Shown here: positions 43,601 to 62,249 of the stretch, piece by piece
Position numbering within the stretch: the first letter of the stretch is position 1
How the letters are laid out: each line of letters opens with the position of its first letter
Origin: Paragordius varius
Lineage: Eukaryota; Animalia; Nematomorpha
DNA: 64,000 bases
NCBI GenBank assembly: GCA_964247055.1
Contig: OZ176050.1
Location: forward strand, 7,812,001-7,876,000
Direction of reading: 5' to 3'
Translations under genes and position numbers: made by a program
The notes under the pieces: model-generated
What the model saw: the letters and a program-made list of their open reading frames with translations, nothing else
Told to the model about the DNA's origin: nothing
Database searches by the model: none

Positions 43601-44422
43601 TATGCTACATCAGTGACTTTGGACCTGGCGGGCGTAAAAAAATTGAGAATGTTTGAGAAATACAACTTGACGTTTTTGCATTTATTGCATTTGTAATGAA
43701 TAACTCGATTAACGCGTTATTTAACCCAAAACAATACATCATTATTATATAACAAGTGCATGGATTAAAAGCCATAAAAAATAAATTAGAATAGTTTTTT
43801 AGGAACCGGAGCTGAAACCTTTTTGCGAAGCCGGAATAACCATTACGTTTTTAAAACACAAAAACGCGAGATTAAGGAATAATTCGGTTTTAATAAATAA
43901 TTAAAGATAATCCATGCAAAGTGAAGGAAAATAAACATTTGATAAAATAGGCGTGGACAAAAAAGCTTTTAGAACCACATAACTTAAAACAATACTTACA
44001 TAAATATTACTATTTTGATATAGTAATAAAATAGTTTTAACAACAATAAGTTTCCAATTTTTTCTAATCAAATAATTGAAATTAACTGCCTAGGTATTCG
44101 ATATCATATTTGTACATATTTTTGTATAAAGAAAGTCATCAATAAAATGTTCAAAACCAACTATTACAATAGTATTACTAACATATACCTCTGACAGCTT
44201 CATTGGGTCTAAATGTGTCTTGTTCAACATACAAGATATAAGGTGATGTCGCATTAGACGGTTCTCCATGCTTTTCAGGGTTTGGCGACAATGAAAAACA
44301 GGTACCTCTAGGAGCTCCTTCTGAAAAGGCCCATGTCCAAAAATTGTTTTTCAGGAGAATGGCAAAACTATATTAGAAATTATTCGCAATGTATACCATA
44401 AAAAAGGCAAGAATGATATCAT
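40685..44422 (-). CDS. Secreted single Reeler-domain protein (221 aa, 4 exons)
   Basis: Exons 44397-44422, 44189-44367, 41420-41807 and 40685-40757 (666 nt, in frame). Signal-peptide-like MISFLPFLCFAILL, then AFSEGAPRGTC..P..H..SPY, GFRGILIQAR, FIWIAP and IRFIATIV..YWKNVVS. Confidence 0.8.
42550..42735 (+). mobile_element. Degenerate hAT MITE remnant
   Basis: CAGGATTTTCAAATCGCGGCACACAGGCCCC resembles the hAT left ends in this window; no clear right end or TSD. Confidence 0.3.
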
Positions 44423-45655
44423 ATCGAATTTACGCCCAAAAGGAAATAATGCAATTCAAAATTATGAAAGAAATATATGTGTATTACAATAATGCTTATT
44501 TTTGCATAAAAATGTAATATAGAATAATTAACTAAAAATGTGACAATATTTAACCCCCGTGGTAATGGATTTATTTGTAGTCATTTTACCAAACCACTAC
44601 ATTAGACTCTGTATGCCTTTGTATATTATTTACATGAATTACGTAAGTTGTGCCCTTCAAAAAGTTGTTTATATCATGTTAAACATTTTTTAATGATTTA
44701 TTTACAAATAACTAAAAAAATATAGCTAAAAAAACAATGAAAAGTATATACGGAACTTTCTTTTATTTTTCTGGCATTAATGGTTTAATTAGAAGTTATT
44801 GCCAAATTACCAACCAACCCTTTTTGACTGTTTCAAATCAATTTTTGTCTGTGCCGGCCGGTTTCATAGAATTTGCGAAAAAAATGGTTCCATTTTATTG
44901 TTTTTCAATTAATTGGTTGATTTAAGTTTTCATAATTGCATATGGACTAATTATTTTAAGACGATGCTCATAATTAAAAATAAAAGTTTATAAACAGCAA
45001 ACTTTTGCTACTTTTTAATAAATCTAATCAAAGTTACTCTTTTACATTAAATAAAATTTATTGAAAATCATATATTTTGATGCGTTTAAAACCGTATGTA
45101 TGGAATATATTTTTGGTTTCAAACCAATTCCAAAAAACCCAACGGTTTTGGTTTCGTTTTAATCCCTGATAATAATTCACCCAAACGTTTTCAAAATATC
45201 GGTCAATCATTAATACCATTATCTTAACCGATATATTTTATGCGAGAACGTAGTAAAAGAGAAAAAAATCACAAGTGGAGACATGAAATAAGGCAAAAAA
45301 TAGGGAAAATTATCTGTCGTGTTCCTTTTTCTCTAAAACTAACTTTTAATATCGAATTTCTCCGTTTGAATGAGGATATATCTGGATTTGAAATTGAGGT
45401 GAATTATTACCGGCCAGGGCTAAGATATAATATAAATGTTGCGTCTCAAATTGTTAAAAAAAACCTGGTTCATTAAATGGCCACATTTTTTGAAAAATTT
45501 TCCATTACAAAGATGAGATATAATAATGTTGGATATACCATTATTGAATAATTTTTATAGCACATATGACTAAAATTTTTTATAGGAATTCAATAAATAT
45601 GCACATTATATTTGGTCAAAATCGTCTTTAGATTATATATTGAAAATAAGGAATA

Positions 45656-46676
45656 TCTATAATTTATAAAAATGGAAGGTGGTGGCTTTGTGATCTGTTT
45701 ACGGAAAACCGGTAGACCCATTCAAATCCAAATGTCGGAAAAATAAAATCATTAATGAATGCCCCGACAATAGCATCGCCATTTTTTGAATTAGGTCCTC
45801 AATTCGGGCCCACCCCGTGTGAAAAACGGGTTTTTTGAAAACAGAAGTCTACAAAAATCATGTTGAGACAATATCCTGGAAAACGTGTTGGACCATTCGA
45901 TTTCAAATATGATTTTTTTTATTTTCGATTGCGCAGACCCGTACCATTTTTTTCAAAAAAAACACCACAAAAATAATTTTTTGAATCTATTTTTCGCCCA
46001 AAGTATGAGACCGTAAAAATTCAATACGGATTCCAGGTATAGCCTGTTAAAAGGCAAAAATTTGAGTCAAGCGTTTCTTTGATGATTTTTGAGCGAAGGC
46101 TAAATTTCGGAAAACCTATCAAGCCATATGAGTTCAATAGCTGCTTAAAGTATTACCCGTAAGGCAAAAATTTAGGTCGAGCGGATTTTTTAAAATAGTG
46201 GTTAAATAGGCCCTTCACGCCCTGAAAAATGCGCTACCATAGAATGTTTTATTTTGAGGGAATTTTTCCAAAAACTAATGAGAGCATATGGAATCAATCA
46301 TGATTCCAGGTATTCTCCGTAAAAAGGCAAAAATTTTAATCAAGCGCTTTTTTGTATCAGCCTCTGGGTAGGGAGCCCGCCCAAAACTTCGCTATCATAT
46401 CGATACAGCATGTTGGAGCCAAATAAAAAGGTAAAAATTATAGTATAACGGTTTTTTCCGTTGGCCGTCAATTTGGTGCATTTACACCAGTAAACAATAT
46501 ATTAGTATGAATGCACCGATTTGAAAATCCTATGAGATCATAGCTATTAAATAAGGTTTCGAAATAATCCACATATATGGATTTTATTAATCCCTTTTTT
46601 CAAATAGCCCCCCCCCCCCCCTTCCCAGATGTCCGAAGGATTTCCTCGGTGCGTAGCAGCACGAGATTTACGCTAG
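45656..46676 (+). mobile_element. Non-autonomous Helitron (family C), 1021 bp
   Basis: A|TCTATAATTTATAAAAATGGAAGGTGG ... CTC(G)GTGC-GTAGCA-GCACGAG hairpin ... ATTTACGCTAG|T; longest of three copies. Confidence 0.85.
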
Positions 46677-47712
46677 TAATTATATAAATCATAACAACGG
46701 CCACAAAATTGCAATTTGTTTTAATTAGGTATAATAAAATATTTTTTTAGAGTTAATGGTAGGTAGGATTTTTGGAATCGAAACAAATTTGGGTGTCAAT
46801 CACATTACAAAAAAAAGCAAAAAAGACCATAATGCGCCAGACAAACTGGTTTGCCACAATATTTTCACCAAAATAATGTATAACGGCTAATTCTTTTGTT
46901 TTTAATAATGGAGACACAGAAATTAAAATATTTTAAATATATCCATCCCTTTAAATTTTAAAATTAAGGTCTGTGTTGAAAACTAAATTTTATCAAGTGT
47001 TATAATTGTCAAAAAATCATGATTTGTTTAATAATAATCATAATAATCTTTTTATTTTTTGTAAACCATTATGTCTGAACTTATAATTCAAGATTGCATA
47101 TGTCTGTTTTTATAAATCACAATAGAACAATGTTTAATTAAATTTTAACTAAAACATGAAACAGTAGTTTATTTACAAAATTTAGCTTTGGGATATAAAA
47201 TTACCCCATATGTTAATTAGGATCCAAAAGTGAAAAGGTCATAAATTATATGGTTTCTTAGAATAATCCAAAATTTATATATATATATTTTTCTAAATCT
47301 CGCGAACAAGTAATTTAATAGTTAATTTTATAAACGGTACAAATAACAACAAATTAGAAAAAGTTAATATTTATCTGAATTTCTACCCTAAAATCATTTA
47401 TAAAGAATTTTAAAATAAAAATAATTTTGTCTAATTTATAAACATCTAATGCTTTTAGATTTCAATTAATTCTATATGCTTTAAAAAGCGATATTTGGTC
47501 AATATTACTTAATACAATTATGTCAGAAAATTTATTTTAAAAAATATAAATAGGAATTGAATTCTCAAAACTTAAAGCCGAATTTTATATATTTGAAGCT
47601 GGTGGACTTACCTAATTGATAAAAAAAATTACCACCAAATACAGCGGCTAAACTTCAATACGATTCCCAAAATCAAGTGCATATAATAAATCGATATACA
47701 AAAGGTTTAGCA

Positions 47713-47980
47713 GAATGGTTCCCAAAAGGGGGCGTAGAAAAATCTAAGAGGGCCGCAAAAAATTTGGAAACAAACAAATTAAAGGACTTCAGGGGCGAAT
47801 TATTAAGCTTTGTCACCTATACGGATTTTTTTTTCAAAAAATGCAGATAAAAGGACCTCATTGATTGGGATTTTTTATATTATTATAAGTTACATTTTCC
47901 CGGATTTTTTAAGAGGGTGGACGCAAGAATAATTATTTTCAATTTGGTGGGCGTAAACAAAAAAAGGTTGGAAACCACTA
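47713..47980 (+). mobile_element. hAT MITE (second family), ~268 bp
   Basis: GAATGGTTCCCAA ... GGTTGGAAACCACTA; 8-bp TSD GTTTAGCA / ATTTAGCA. Confidence 0.7.
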
Positions 47981-48082
47981 ATTTAGCATATATTTAGTCA
48001 AATGGAATCTAGATCTACGCTTTTCTGATAATTTAGTATAGTAAAATTTGTTTAAACCCCAGAAATTTTAGTCAAGAACTAA

Positions 48083-48228
48083 AAAAATGTTTTCCATAAA
48101 AATATACAGCAAATGCCCAATATAACATATCATTCGCAAGAGTAATTAAAAATGCATACAAATATGTTTTCCATCGATTTTTTGGACATAGCGACAAACC
48201 CGCGAAGCGAGAGCGTTCTCAATTAATA
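48083..48228 (+). repeat. Dispersed repeat family E, second copy
   Basis: Homologous to the reverse complement of 32005-32168; CGCGAAGCG at 48201-48209. Confidence 0.55.
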
Positions 48229-49534
48229 TATATTTGTACTAATGGATGTAAATAGATCAAACTTTGTGTAATTGCAATCACAATTAAGATTTTTTGATTA
48301 TAACACTTAAATTTTATGTCATTAAAAACAGCCATTTTTTGTTTTTAAAAAAATTACCATCTGATTAATATTAATTTATTTTCTTTAGAAGGCTTATAAT
48401 TTAAAAATTTCAAAGGCTAAATACAAAGTAAGGTATTCTTGATCTTTTTTAACGATTTTGTAATTAATTTACAGAAATAACTTTGCGTTTTAGCATCCAC
48501 TGGGTCGAATTTAAAAAACCAAAAGCTTTTTTAAAGATTTTTTTAAAATTTAATGTAACTTTAATTATTATATTAAAATAATTTATATGACTTTTAAATT
48601 AGTTTGTTTGTGAAAATTTGTGTTTTTTTATCACCTATCTTCAAGTGTACACTTGCTGGCTGAAGTAAACTTGCTCAACTTACCACGCTTGACAGTGCGA
48701 TTTTTTTTATCACCCCACCCTTATACTAAAATGGCCTCATTTTGATTTAATAATCGTCTTTTATTTAATTTAAATAAAAATTATGTTCACAAAAAATATA
48801 CTCAAGTTTGATGACGAACAAAAAGCTTTTAACTTAATTACCTAATCACATTACTATCCGCAGGGATATATTAGGGCAGTTTTATATCTCAAAGTTCAAT
48901 CTTGTTAATACTGTTTCAAACTTATTTTAGTGAAAATTTAATTATCAAATGTTCACCTATAAGAAAAAGGGGTTAAGTTTTGTTATTTCTACAGTGTAAA
49001 TTGGGCCATCTCCAAAACACGATTTAACTAAACCGCTGAATTTAAAATCAACGAATATCAAGTTTTTGCTGGTAAAATGTAACTTGGAAGCTTAGTAAAA
49101 ATAAATATTTACATTTTCTAACCATTTAAAAATTAATAAAAAATGGCAGCGAACACTTTTTATAGGAAGATTTTTTTACCATTTTACATTTTATAAAATA
49201 GTTTTATTGTATTACGTGGCAAACGCTTATTTTTAAATTCGGCCTAATAATTACCTTATAAGATATTGAAATTTTAAATAACTTTGGGATATGAAGCTAC
49301 GTTTAAAGGTCATGTAATTAAGAAGTGATGAAATGGTCAGCATCATCAAATTATAAAAAAGTATATTTACAATAATTAAAGTTTTTATAGCGTGATCATG
49401 CTCCGAAATACCATAAAATAATTTATTAAAATTTTGCATTTTAATTTTGATATATATTTTTTAAAATATTTTTTCCCATGTTCAAATTCAGTATCCAAAA
49501 TTTTTAACGCACTTATCGGTTTTTTACATTTTAA

Positions 49535-50678
49535 CGCCTGGATTCAAATTGGGGTATTTAAATAACGGAGACTATATTTAAATTGAACTTTTTTAAAAAC
49601 TACTGAAAGAAACGATAACAATTTAAATTTATGCTTCTATCCTAATAAAAATTATATTAATAAGCCGAAAAATCTATATAAAAATTGGTTTTAAAAATTT
49701 TTTTTATATGAAACTACTTCGACGCCATTTTTATTTTACAACATTTTTGGAAAATATCGTGTTTATTTGTTTTTAATATTTGGATACAACACACTCATTT
49801 TAGTCCTTCAATTCAAATTCAGGTAGTTGGATACCCCAGGCCTGTTTAAAATCAAATACTCTACAAAGTATGGAAGCAATCGAAACCATGGCAAAATTTT
49901 GCAATTATATAACATTAATAAACCGAAATATATAAAAAAGTTTATTCAAAAATATTTGATATTAGTTTTGAGCTAAAACCTAAAGGTAAAAATTTAGTCA
50001 ACGTGACATGTGTCAAATTGTAAAATTAAAATATAATACAAAATAAACGCTTTTTCTATTTCTATCAATGTTAGATGTAATTTATAAAAAAATAACCTCT
50101 AGTTTTACCCTTTAAATGAAGACGATATTTTGGAAAATTTTTGTAAAATAAAAATGGCGTCGAAGTAGTTTGAGATGGAACTTTATTTTCAAAACAAAAT
50201 TTTATCAAGATATTTTGGCATATTTATATAATATTTATCAGGATAGAAGCATAAATTTAAATTGAGACCGTTTCCTTCAGTAATTTTTTAAAAATTTTAA
50301 TTTAAATTTAGTCTGGGGTATTTAGATACCCCAATTTTAATCGAAGTGTTAAAGCTAAAATAAAGACTAATTTTACATTTGTATCACATCTAACATTTAT
50401 AGAAACAGAAAAAGTGGTTTAATTTGTATTATTTATTAATTTAGCTAATGCACACATGTCATGTTGAAAAAATTTATACGAGGTTTTACCTAAAAATAAG
50501 TAATATCAATATTGAATAAAAATTATTTGATATTTCGGATCATTAATGTTATAAATGTGCAAATTTTTGCCATATACAATTCACATATTTTTTAAATTAT
50601 TTAATTTTAAACAGGCCTGGGGTATCTAACTACCCCAATATAAATCGAAGGACTAAAAATGAGTCTTGTATCTAAGTG
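49535..50678 (+). mobile_element. piggyBac-like MITE family A, older outer copy interrupted by a nested copy
   Basis: TTAA|CGCCTGGATTCAAATTGGGG ... TCTAAGTG|TTAA. The left and right halves are collinear with family A once 49777-50352 is removed. Confidence 0.8.
49777..50348 (-). mobile_element. piggyBac-like MITE family A, full-length inverted copy
   Basis: Reverse complement of 324-895, flanked by TTAA at 49773-49776 and 50349-50352. Confidence 0.88.
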
Positions 50679-51104
50679 TTAAATAAAGAGTCTACAAACA
50701 TTATATAAAGGTTAACAATTCAAAATATCTACCATTTTTAAATTATTGCACATTCATGAATGCATTCATTAGTTTTGATTAGCCTTGATTAATGAATCAA
50801 TAATTTTTAGTAATTGGATCAAAAATTAATTGGCAAAATCTTGTTGAAGCGTATTTAAATTATTTTACATTATACTGGAACATTAAGTCTAAAAAACAAT
50901 GGTTTTTTACGAAGCATTCATTAAATTTGCAATGGCCGGGTTTAAGCATTTATCTCTGATAAAAGATTTTTAAACCATTTATTGTTAGCTAAGTATTAAT
51001 TTTATACATTTTATGCAGAAAAATTTTCTAAAAATCTAGAAAGATAATCACAATAGAAACAGTTAACATATGGCGTCACATTTGTGCGATATTCACACAT
51101 TTTT

Positions 51105-54100
51105 ATGAATATTCTATCCATCAATATTACATTTTTATTTTATCTAGGCTATGTATTATCTGAAATAGATTTTTTAAATGTCAATGATTATTATGAACTT
51201 TTAGGAATCTCAAAAGAAGCATCCAAGAAAGAAATCAGGAAAGCATTTAAAAGTTGGGCACTTATTTATCACCCTGATAAATCGGTATTTTAACATTTTA
51301 TTTTAGGATAACCCGAAAGCTCATGAAATATTTTTAAAAATTAACAAAGCTTATACCGTCCTTATTGATGATTCTAAACGCGATATATATGATCGATTGG
51401 GGGAAAGTGGCCTAGAAAAAAGTGAAAAAGATGGTAATCAACAACAATGGCAGTGGTATGAAAGTTTTACGTTTTATCACCAAAACTTTGGTTTATATGA
51501 CGATGATCCAAATATATTGACCCTAACTCACCAAGATTTTATTAAGTACGTTGGACCTTTGATTGGAGCGAATAGGGAAGCTACTCACAACATACCCGGT
51601 TACACTGAGATATGGTTTGTGGATTTTTATTCAGCTCAATGCTCTCATTGTCGTGATTTAGCTCCCGATTGGAAACGTTTAGCGGCGGACCTTTTGGGTA
51701 TTGTTAAAATTGGTGCTGTAAATTGTCTTGAGGAATGGAATCTTTGCATGTCTCAGCATTTAACCTCATATCCCACATTGATACTTTTCCCATCAGGTGA
51801 AAGATTTGAGGGTACAATGAGTTACACAGCTCTTAAAAAATGGCTATTAACCCGTATCCCATCTCATCACCTTAAGTTTAATGGTATGATACCTGCTAAA
51901 GATAGTAAAGATACCAATGATAAACCATTGTTGTTGGATCAAATTGTTACGGATAACAGGAATCTTTATTTCACAATCCAAACTCTGTTTAAAAATGACG
52001 ATACGAATATAATGACTTCCACTTATTTGCATAATCATTTCAGTATGACATCCGATACCTACCCTTGGTTAATTTATTTTTGTCCATCAGCCACCAATGA
52101 TGCAGAAATTCAACACCATGCGTGCCCAAGTAATATCGAAATTCGACGCTTATCAAAACAATTGTATGGGTATGTTAATGTCATAAATTATAAATGTGCC
52201 ACGATAAATAACGATAATACCACGCATACAAATCATATACTTTGCAATGAAAAATACCTGGCAAAAGAAACCAGCTTTTCACTGTGGTATATGCCAGGAG
52301 GATTGGTTACTACATCATATAATGACAAACAAGATATTGAGATAAATTTGACTGATGGTCTGGGCATAAATATTTTAAGCGCAGATGGTAAATATAAATT
52401 TATACCTTTTACAATGTTAAATGATCCATCCAAATTTTCCACTTTTGTTGTTAACGTAATATTTCAATCAAATCTCCCTCCTATCATACCAACTATGGCC
52501 TTTTCCGATTTCATTAAGTTATTTCACGGTTATTCTGAACCATACAACGTGGCTGCATTAAACACAAAACTGGAATTTAATAAGGATATGTTGATTAATT
52601 ACCCGACCTTGGTGATTTTACTTTTGACCCCGATGAACTATGAATCCGATGTTTTTGAACGATTTAATTTAACACTTTACAGATTCAAAGCTACCCTTGA
52701 TGAAAAGGTATCAAACATCCCTTCCCTCAAAATCTTTTATTTCAAATGTTATGAAACAGAATACATATCAAAATATTGTCGAGAAACTTTGGGTATACAC
52801 GGGCCTGCTTCAAAATCTCACGATACTTCCGATACCCCTAAAAATCCAGAACACTTTGTCAATGCATCTTTCATTCTCTTCAAACATTTATTTAGTTTTC
52901 GGCCAAACACGGCTTTTCTCTATGGTTATGAAGCGTTTAAAGGGGATGTTAATCAACATCTTGAAAGTGTGTCTTCTAACAATCTTATGTCAGAACTTTT
53001 GACATTCATTATTGCTAGTCAAACTAGTCCTATGCTTACGCTCACACCAGCCGAATTTGACAAGTACCAGAAAATACGGCCTAAGCACAACGTTCATCAG
53101 TATTGGATTGTGGATTATTTTGCACCATGGTGTCCACCATGTATGCGTATGATGCCTGAAATACGAGTCCTTGGTTCGAACCTTATAACTCAAATTGCAA
53201 AAGCTGACCCATCCTTCAAAACTTATATTGCCATAGTTTCCATAGATTGTTCAGATCACCTGGAATATTGCAAAGCTATGGGTATTACCTCTTATCCATC
53301 CCTACGTTTCTACAATTTGTCCCAATACAATTCGGTAGGAAATAAACCCCTTGAAACATTACATAAGATTGAAGGGTTTCAAGCCTCACCAGCCATAGAA
53401 GAATGGGTAGAAGATATCATGAACCCGCCTCCTTTGGTAAATCTCAATGGTGAATTACATGAACGTTATTTAACAGAAGATTCTGGTCATTATATATGGT
53501 TCATATACTATGGGGCACAATGGTGTGGACCCTGTCTTCAGTTTGAACCGACATGGAAAAAGTTTGCAAAGGTAATCATTATTTCATTTGTTTTTATGGA
53601 TGTGGTGAATCTATTATATACATTTATAAATTGCGTAATCATTCCATTAAAAATATGATTATATTTCTTTGTATAGTCAATGCAAAAATTAGCCTACATC
53701 GGTAAAATCGATTGTGGGTTAGAAAAGGAGTTTTGCAGATCTATTGACGTACGAAGCTTTCCTCGCATCCGCGTTTACGTTAATAAAACTACTTTTTAGT
53801 AAGCACATTTTCTATATTTATTTCTTCCGCTTTTCATTTTTTTCATGTGAAACAGGTAGTACGATGAAACAAAAATATGTAGGTCGCACATTATCTTGTT
53901 CCTGAAGCCTTTTCTTTTTATCATATTTTTTAAATGTAATATGTACTTAAATAAAAATATATTTTTTAAAATAGTTTAAACATGATGATGATTTAATCTA
54001 ACTTTTGAGAAAAATGATATATGAGATTATAAAAAAACTCTCTTATTACAAAATTAATTAGATACTCTAACATTGTTTAAGAACTCCTCATGTTTTTAAC

Positions 54101-55689
54101 TTTTATTGGTTTGGTGTATATTCTATACAAATTTGATAATTATTAAAATCTTGTTGCAAGGAAAATGTTGCATCATCATAAAGGGGTAGGACTCCAAATT
54201 CGGAGTTTTTGTACCACGAAGTAATTTATTCATAATACTTTATGGTAATTTAAGGCGATTTTTTACGTAACATTTTACAGATAATTAGAAACTGGCCTTT
54301 GCGTTAGCGCATTTTCATATCCCAGTCAACATCGTAAGGAGGTGGAATTAGGACTTAGGCATATTTTTTTTAAAAAAATATTAATAAAAATGGTGTAATT
54401 ATGTTTACCATTTTTCTATACTTGAATTGTTTAATTATTATATAGATTTACAGAGAAATGGATATATATGTATATATATATATATATGTTAGTTTAACTT
54501 TAATAAATATCACATTATTATTTTTTTAACCAAATCCTATGTTTTTTAACAGTGATTACCCCGACAGCTGGTGGCGAGATTTGGCATCAATAAAGGCTTG
54601 GGGCATGCGTCACATTCCCTCCAACGTTGTAAGTTTCAATGATCAACCCACTATTGTAAAGGAGGTAATCGAACCGTTTAAGCAAAAAACGCTTGTAAAA
54701 CCTTGGATTATCGATTATTACGCGAATTGGTGTAGTCATTGTATACAATTTGCCCCAGAATTCGAAGAACTGAATAAGGTATTAAATAAATTAATAACTT
54801 CTTTCACAAGTCTTAATATTTGTTAGTTTTACAAGTTATTTTTAAGGGTTGAGTTTTTGCGGTTTATCAAAAAGAATTACTGGTTTGACTGCTTATAAAT
54901 GCAGTCATTTACTGTCAAAATTAATTATTAATAAAAATAAATGTTAACAAAATAATATAAAACGAAGATACATAACACCCAACCGAATGAGTATTATATA
55001 GACTCATTTCTATTGATATTTATGCAGTAAGATAAATTTGATTGGAACAAATTAACAATAATTTCTTCCCCATAATACTAGAGAGTTGCCCAATTTATCA
55101 ACATGGGGAAGATTGATTGTGCTGTACATGGAGTATTTTGCCAAAACCAAAGCATACGACACTACCCTACTGTACGTTTGTATACCAATGAAGTAATTTT
55201 ATTATTTGAAACAATATTTAAAATGGATGCATATACATCTTTTTTTAAATAAAGTATTGGAAAGCATATCAATATGGTCTAAACAAATTTTAAACCTTTT
55301 TAAAATACAGTAAAATATAAAAACGAAACAATCCTATTTTTTAAATTTTGGATCATACAACCTCTGAATATAATCGGATATGTGAATTTACTAATTTATT
55401 TTGCAACCCAAAGCGATAGGTTATATTAGAAAAAATCAAGGTCATTAAGATATCGTTGTCTTTTTAAAAAAATATTTGTCTTTTACTTTTGCCGTTTGTC
55501 TTTATAATTTCAGTTTAATGCATAAATTATTTTAAAAACGATTTTATTAAGGCAATGGTGGAATTAGATAGTATTACTGCGGATGAAATCGAAGACACTT
55601 TATACAATAATTATCCACACTTCTTCCAAATAGCTCAACCCGGGGAATCAGAACGACCTTTTCAGGCCAATCTCAAGGATGAGTTATAG
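51105..55689 (+). CDS. DNAJC10: ERdj5: ER J-domain / thioredoxin reductase co-chaperone, ~1000 aa
   Basis: Signal peptide; J domain [23 protein letters not shown]; thioredoxin motifs CSHC, CPPC, CGPC, CSHC; C-terminal KDEL* (TAG 55687-55689). Exon 2 spans 51307-53571. Confidence 0.95.
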
Positions 55690-56155
55690 TCAGTCATCTC
55701 AATTTAATGCATTATTTTTGAATTTTTACTTCACATAAAAATTATAAAAAATAAACTAGAAAATATTTTTTTATAAAAGACCACACCATACTTTATCAAA
55801 TCCAATTTTTATATAATTTAAATAGCTACACATAAATGTATAACTATTTTAAATATAAATACCAAATTTTGCAACCCAAAACAATAGGTCATATTAAAAA
55901 ATTAAGGTCTAAAAAAGTCACCGATTTTTGAAATGTCTTCTAGTTTTTACCTTTCCTTATGATTTAATGTATGACTATTTATTTAGATATTGAATCTCAC
56001 ATGATATTATGCATTTATTTAAATAATTATTTATATTAATTTATTAAATTTTTAGTTCGTATGTATACCAATGCATAATTTTTATCACTTATCTGCAATA
56101 AATTTATTACTATTAATTAGTTGAATAAAGTAATATGTATGAGATATATTAATTT

Positions 56156-60787
<4,632 letters not shown>

Positions 60788-61035
60788 ATTATGTTTGGGG
60801 TTTGGATTTAGAATTAAAAAATATATCGTAAAATTTGAATTTATAGTTATGATTTGGAGTTGATGCTAACTCCACTTTCTAAAATCTTATTTTGTGGTGA
60901 ATCTAAGAAAACGGTAAAAAACTTTTTCACGAATCATTTTTCATTATAAATTTATACAATGTAAAAAAATACTTATCTGGCTATATTAACATTCATTCCA
61001 TTACCTTTGATTAGTGTATTCCAGCTCGGTATTAA

Positions 61036-61612
61036 CACTTCGATTCAAATTGGGTTATCTAAATACCCCAGACTAAATTTAAATTAATATTTTTAAAAAA
61101 ATACTGAAGGAAACGGTCCCAATTTAAATTTATGCTTTTATCCTGATAAAAATTATATAAATATGCCAAAATATCTTCATAAAATTTTGTTTTGAAAAAA
61201 ATCCATCTCAAACTACTTCGACGCCATTTTTATTTTACAAAATTTTTGCAAAATATCGTCTTCATTTAATTTTAAGGGTAAAACTAAAGCTAATTTTTAA
61301 TATAAATTACATCTAACATTGATAGAAATAGAAAAAGCGGTTTATTTTGTATTATTTTTTAATTTTAATATTTGACACATGTCACGTTGACGAACTTTTT
61401 ACCTTTCGGTTTTAGCTTAAAATAAGTAATATCAAGTATCTTTGAATTAAATTTTTTATATATTTCGGTTTATTAATGATATAAAAGTGCAAAATTTTGC
61501 CATGGTTTTGATTCCTTCCATACTTTTTAAAGAATTTGATTTTAAACAGGCCTGGGGTATCAAACTACCCCAATTTGAATCGAAGGACTAATATGAGTGT
61601 GTTATCCAAGTG
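61036..61612 (+). mobile_element. piggyBac-like MITE family A, full-length 577-bp copy
   Basis: TTAA (61032-61035) | CACTT ... AAGTG | TTAA (61613-61616); collinear with 324-895. Confidence 0.88.
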
Positions 61613-61784
61613 TTAATACTTACTTCATTATATTTTCATTTTATGCGATGACATTTTAGGGTAATATTTGCCCCAGAGTTTAAAGTAGTATAAACCTACT
61701 GTCTAAAACTTCTTTTGATTAAAATTCAATTATCAAACCCTCTTCTCCTGTATTAGATAAAAGAAAATTTTTACCGTTTAATTT

Positions 61785-62076
61785 CAGTTTCTCCACCATG
61801 CAGTCCGTTGAGTCGCATGCGGCTTTCCAAAATATTTCTCAGTTCACAAGAAAATTAAGTAAAAATATTACAGAATATACGTAAAATTCATTTTCTTTAA
61901 CATTTTTTTTGAATCGAATTTCGGCATTATTTAGCAATGAATCCTAAAATACATAATTTTTGAGTCCTATGTTTAGAATCAATAAAATATTTGTTAATCC
62001 CCACATATTTTGCAAATAACGAGTTTTTTTTATTCAAAAATGGAGTCAATGAAGCAATTTGTGTTGGACACCCCTG
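61785..62076 (+). mobile_element. Degenerate hAT MITE, family of 32853-33125
   Basis: Right end GAAGCAATTTGTGTTGGACACCCCTG matches 33100-33125; left end degenerate. Confidence 0.5.
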
Positions 62077-62249
62077 TTTTAATGTCACAAATTAAGATAG
62101 CTCCAAAACAGGATAAAAACGAACAACCGATATTAAATTCAATACCAAAAAATTTGTTTGTTTGTAATTTAAAGCTGTCCAATTATTTATATTTTGGAAC
62201 AATGATATACATTTATTTGCCTGTTGCAACCACGATGTAAAAAAATCTA

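Noticed and set aside
45240-45476. 78-aa plus-strand ORF in the Reeler-DNAJC10 spacer
   Set aside because: No recognisable domain or supporting neighbouring exons; cannot be supported as a gene.
53975-54040. ATGATGA (C-box-like) in a DNAJC10 intron; similar lone boxes near 19770, 43515, 56485 and 59450 on the minus strand
   Set aside because: No suitably spaced CTGA D box or rRNA-complementary guide.
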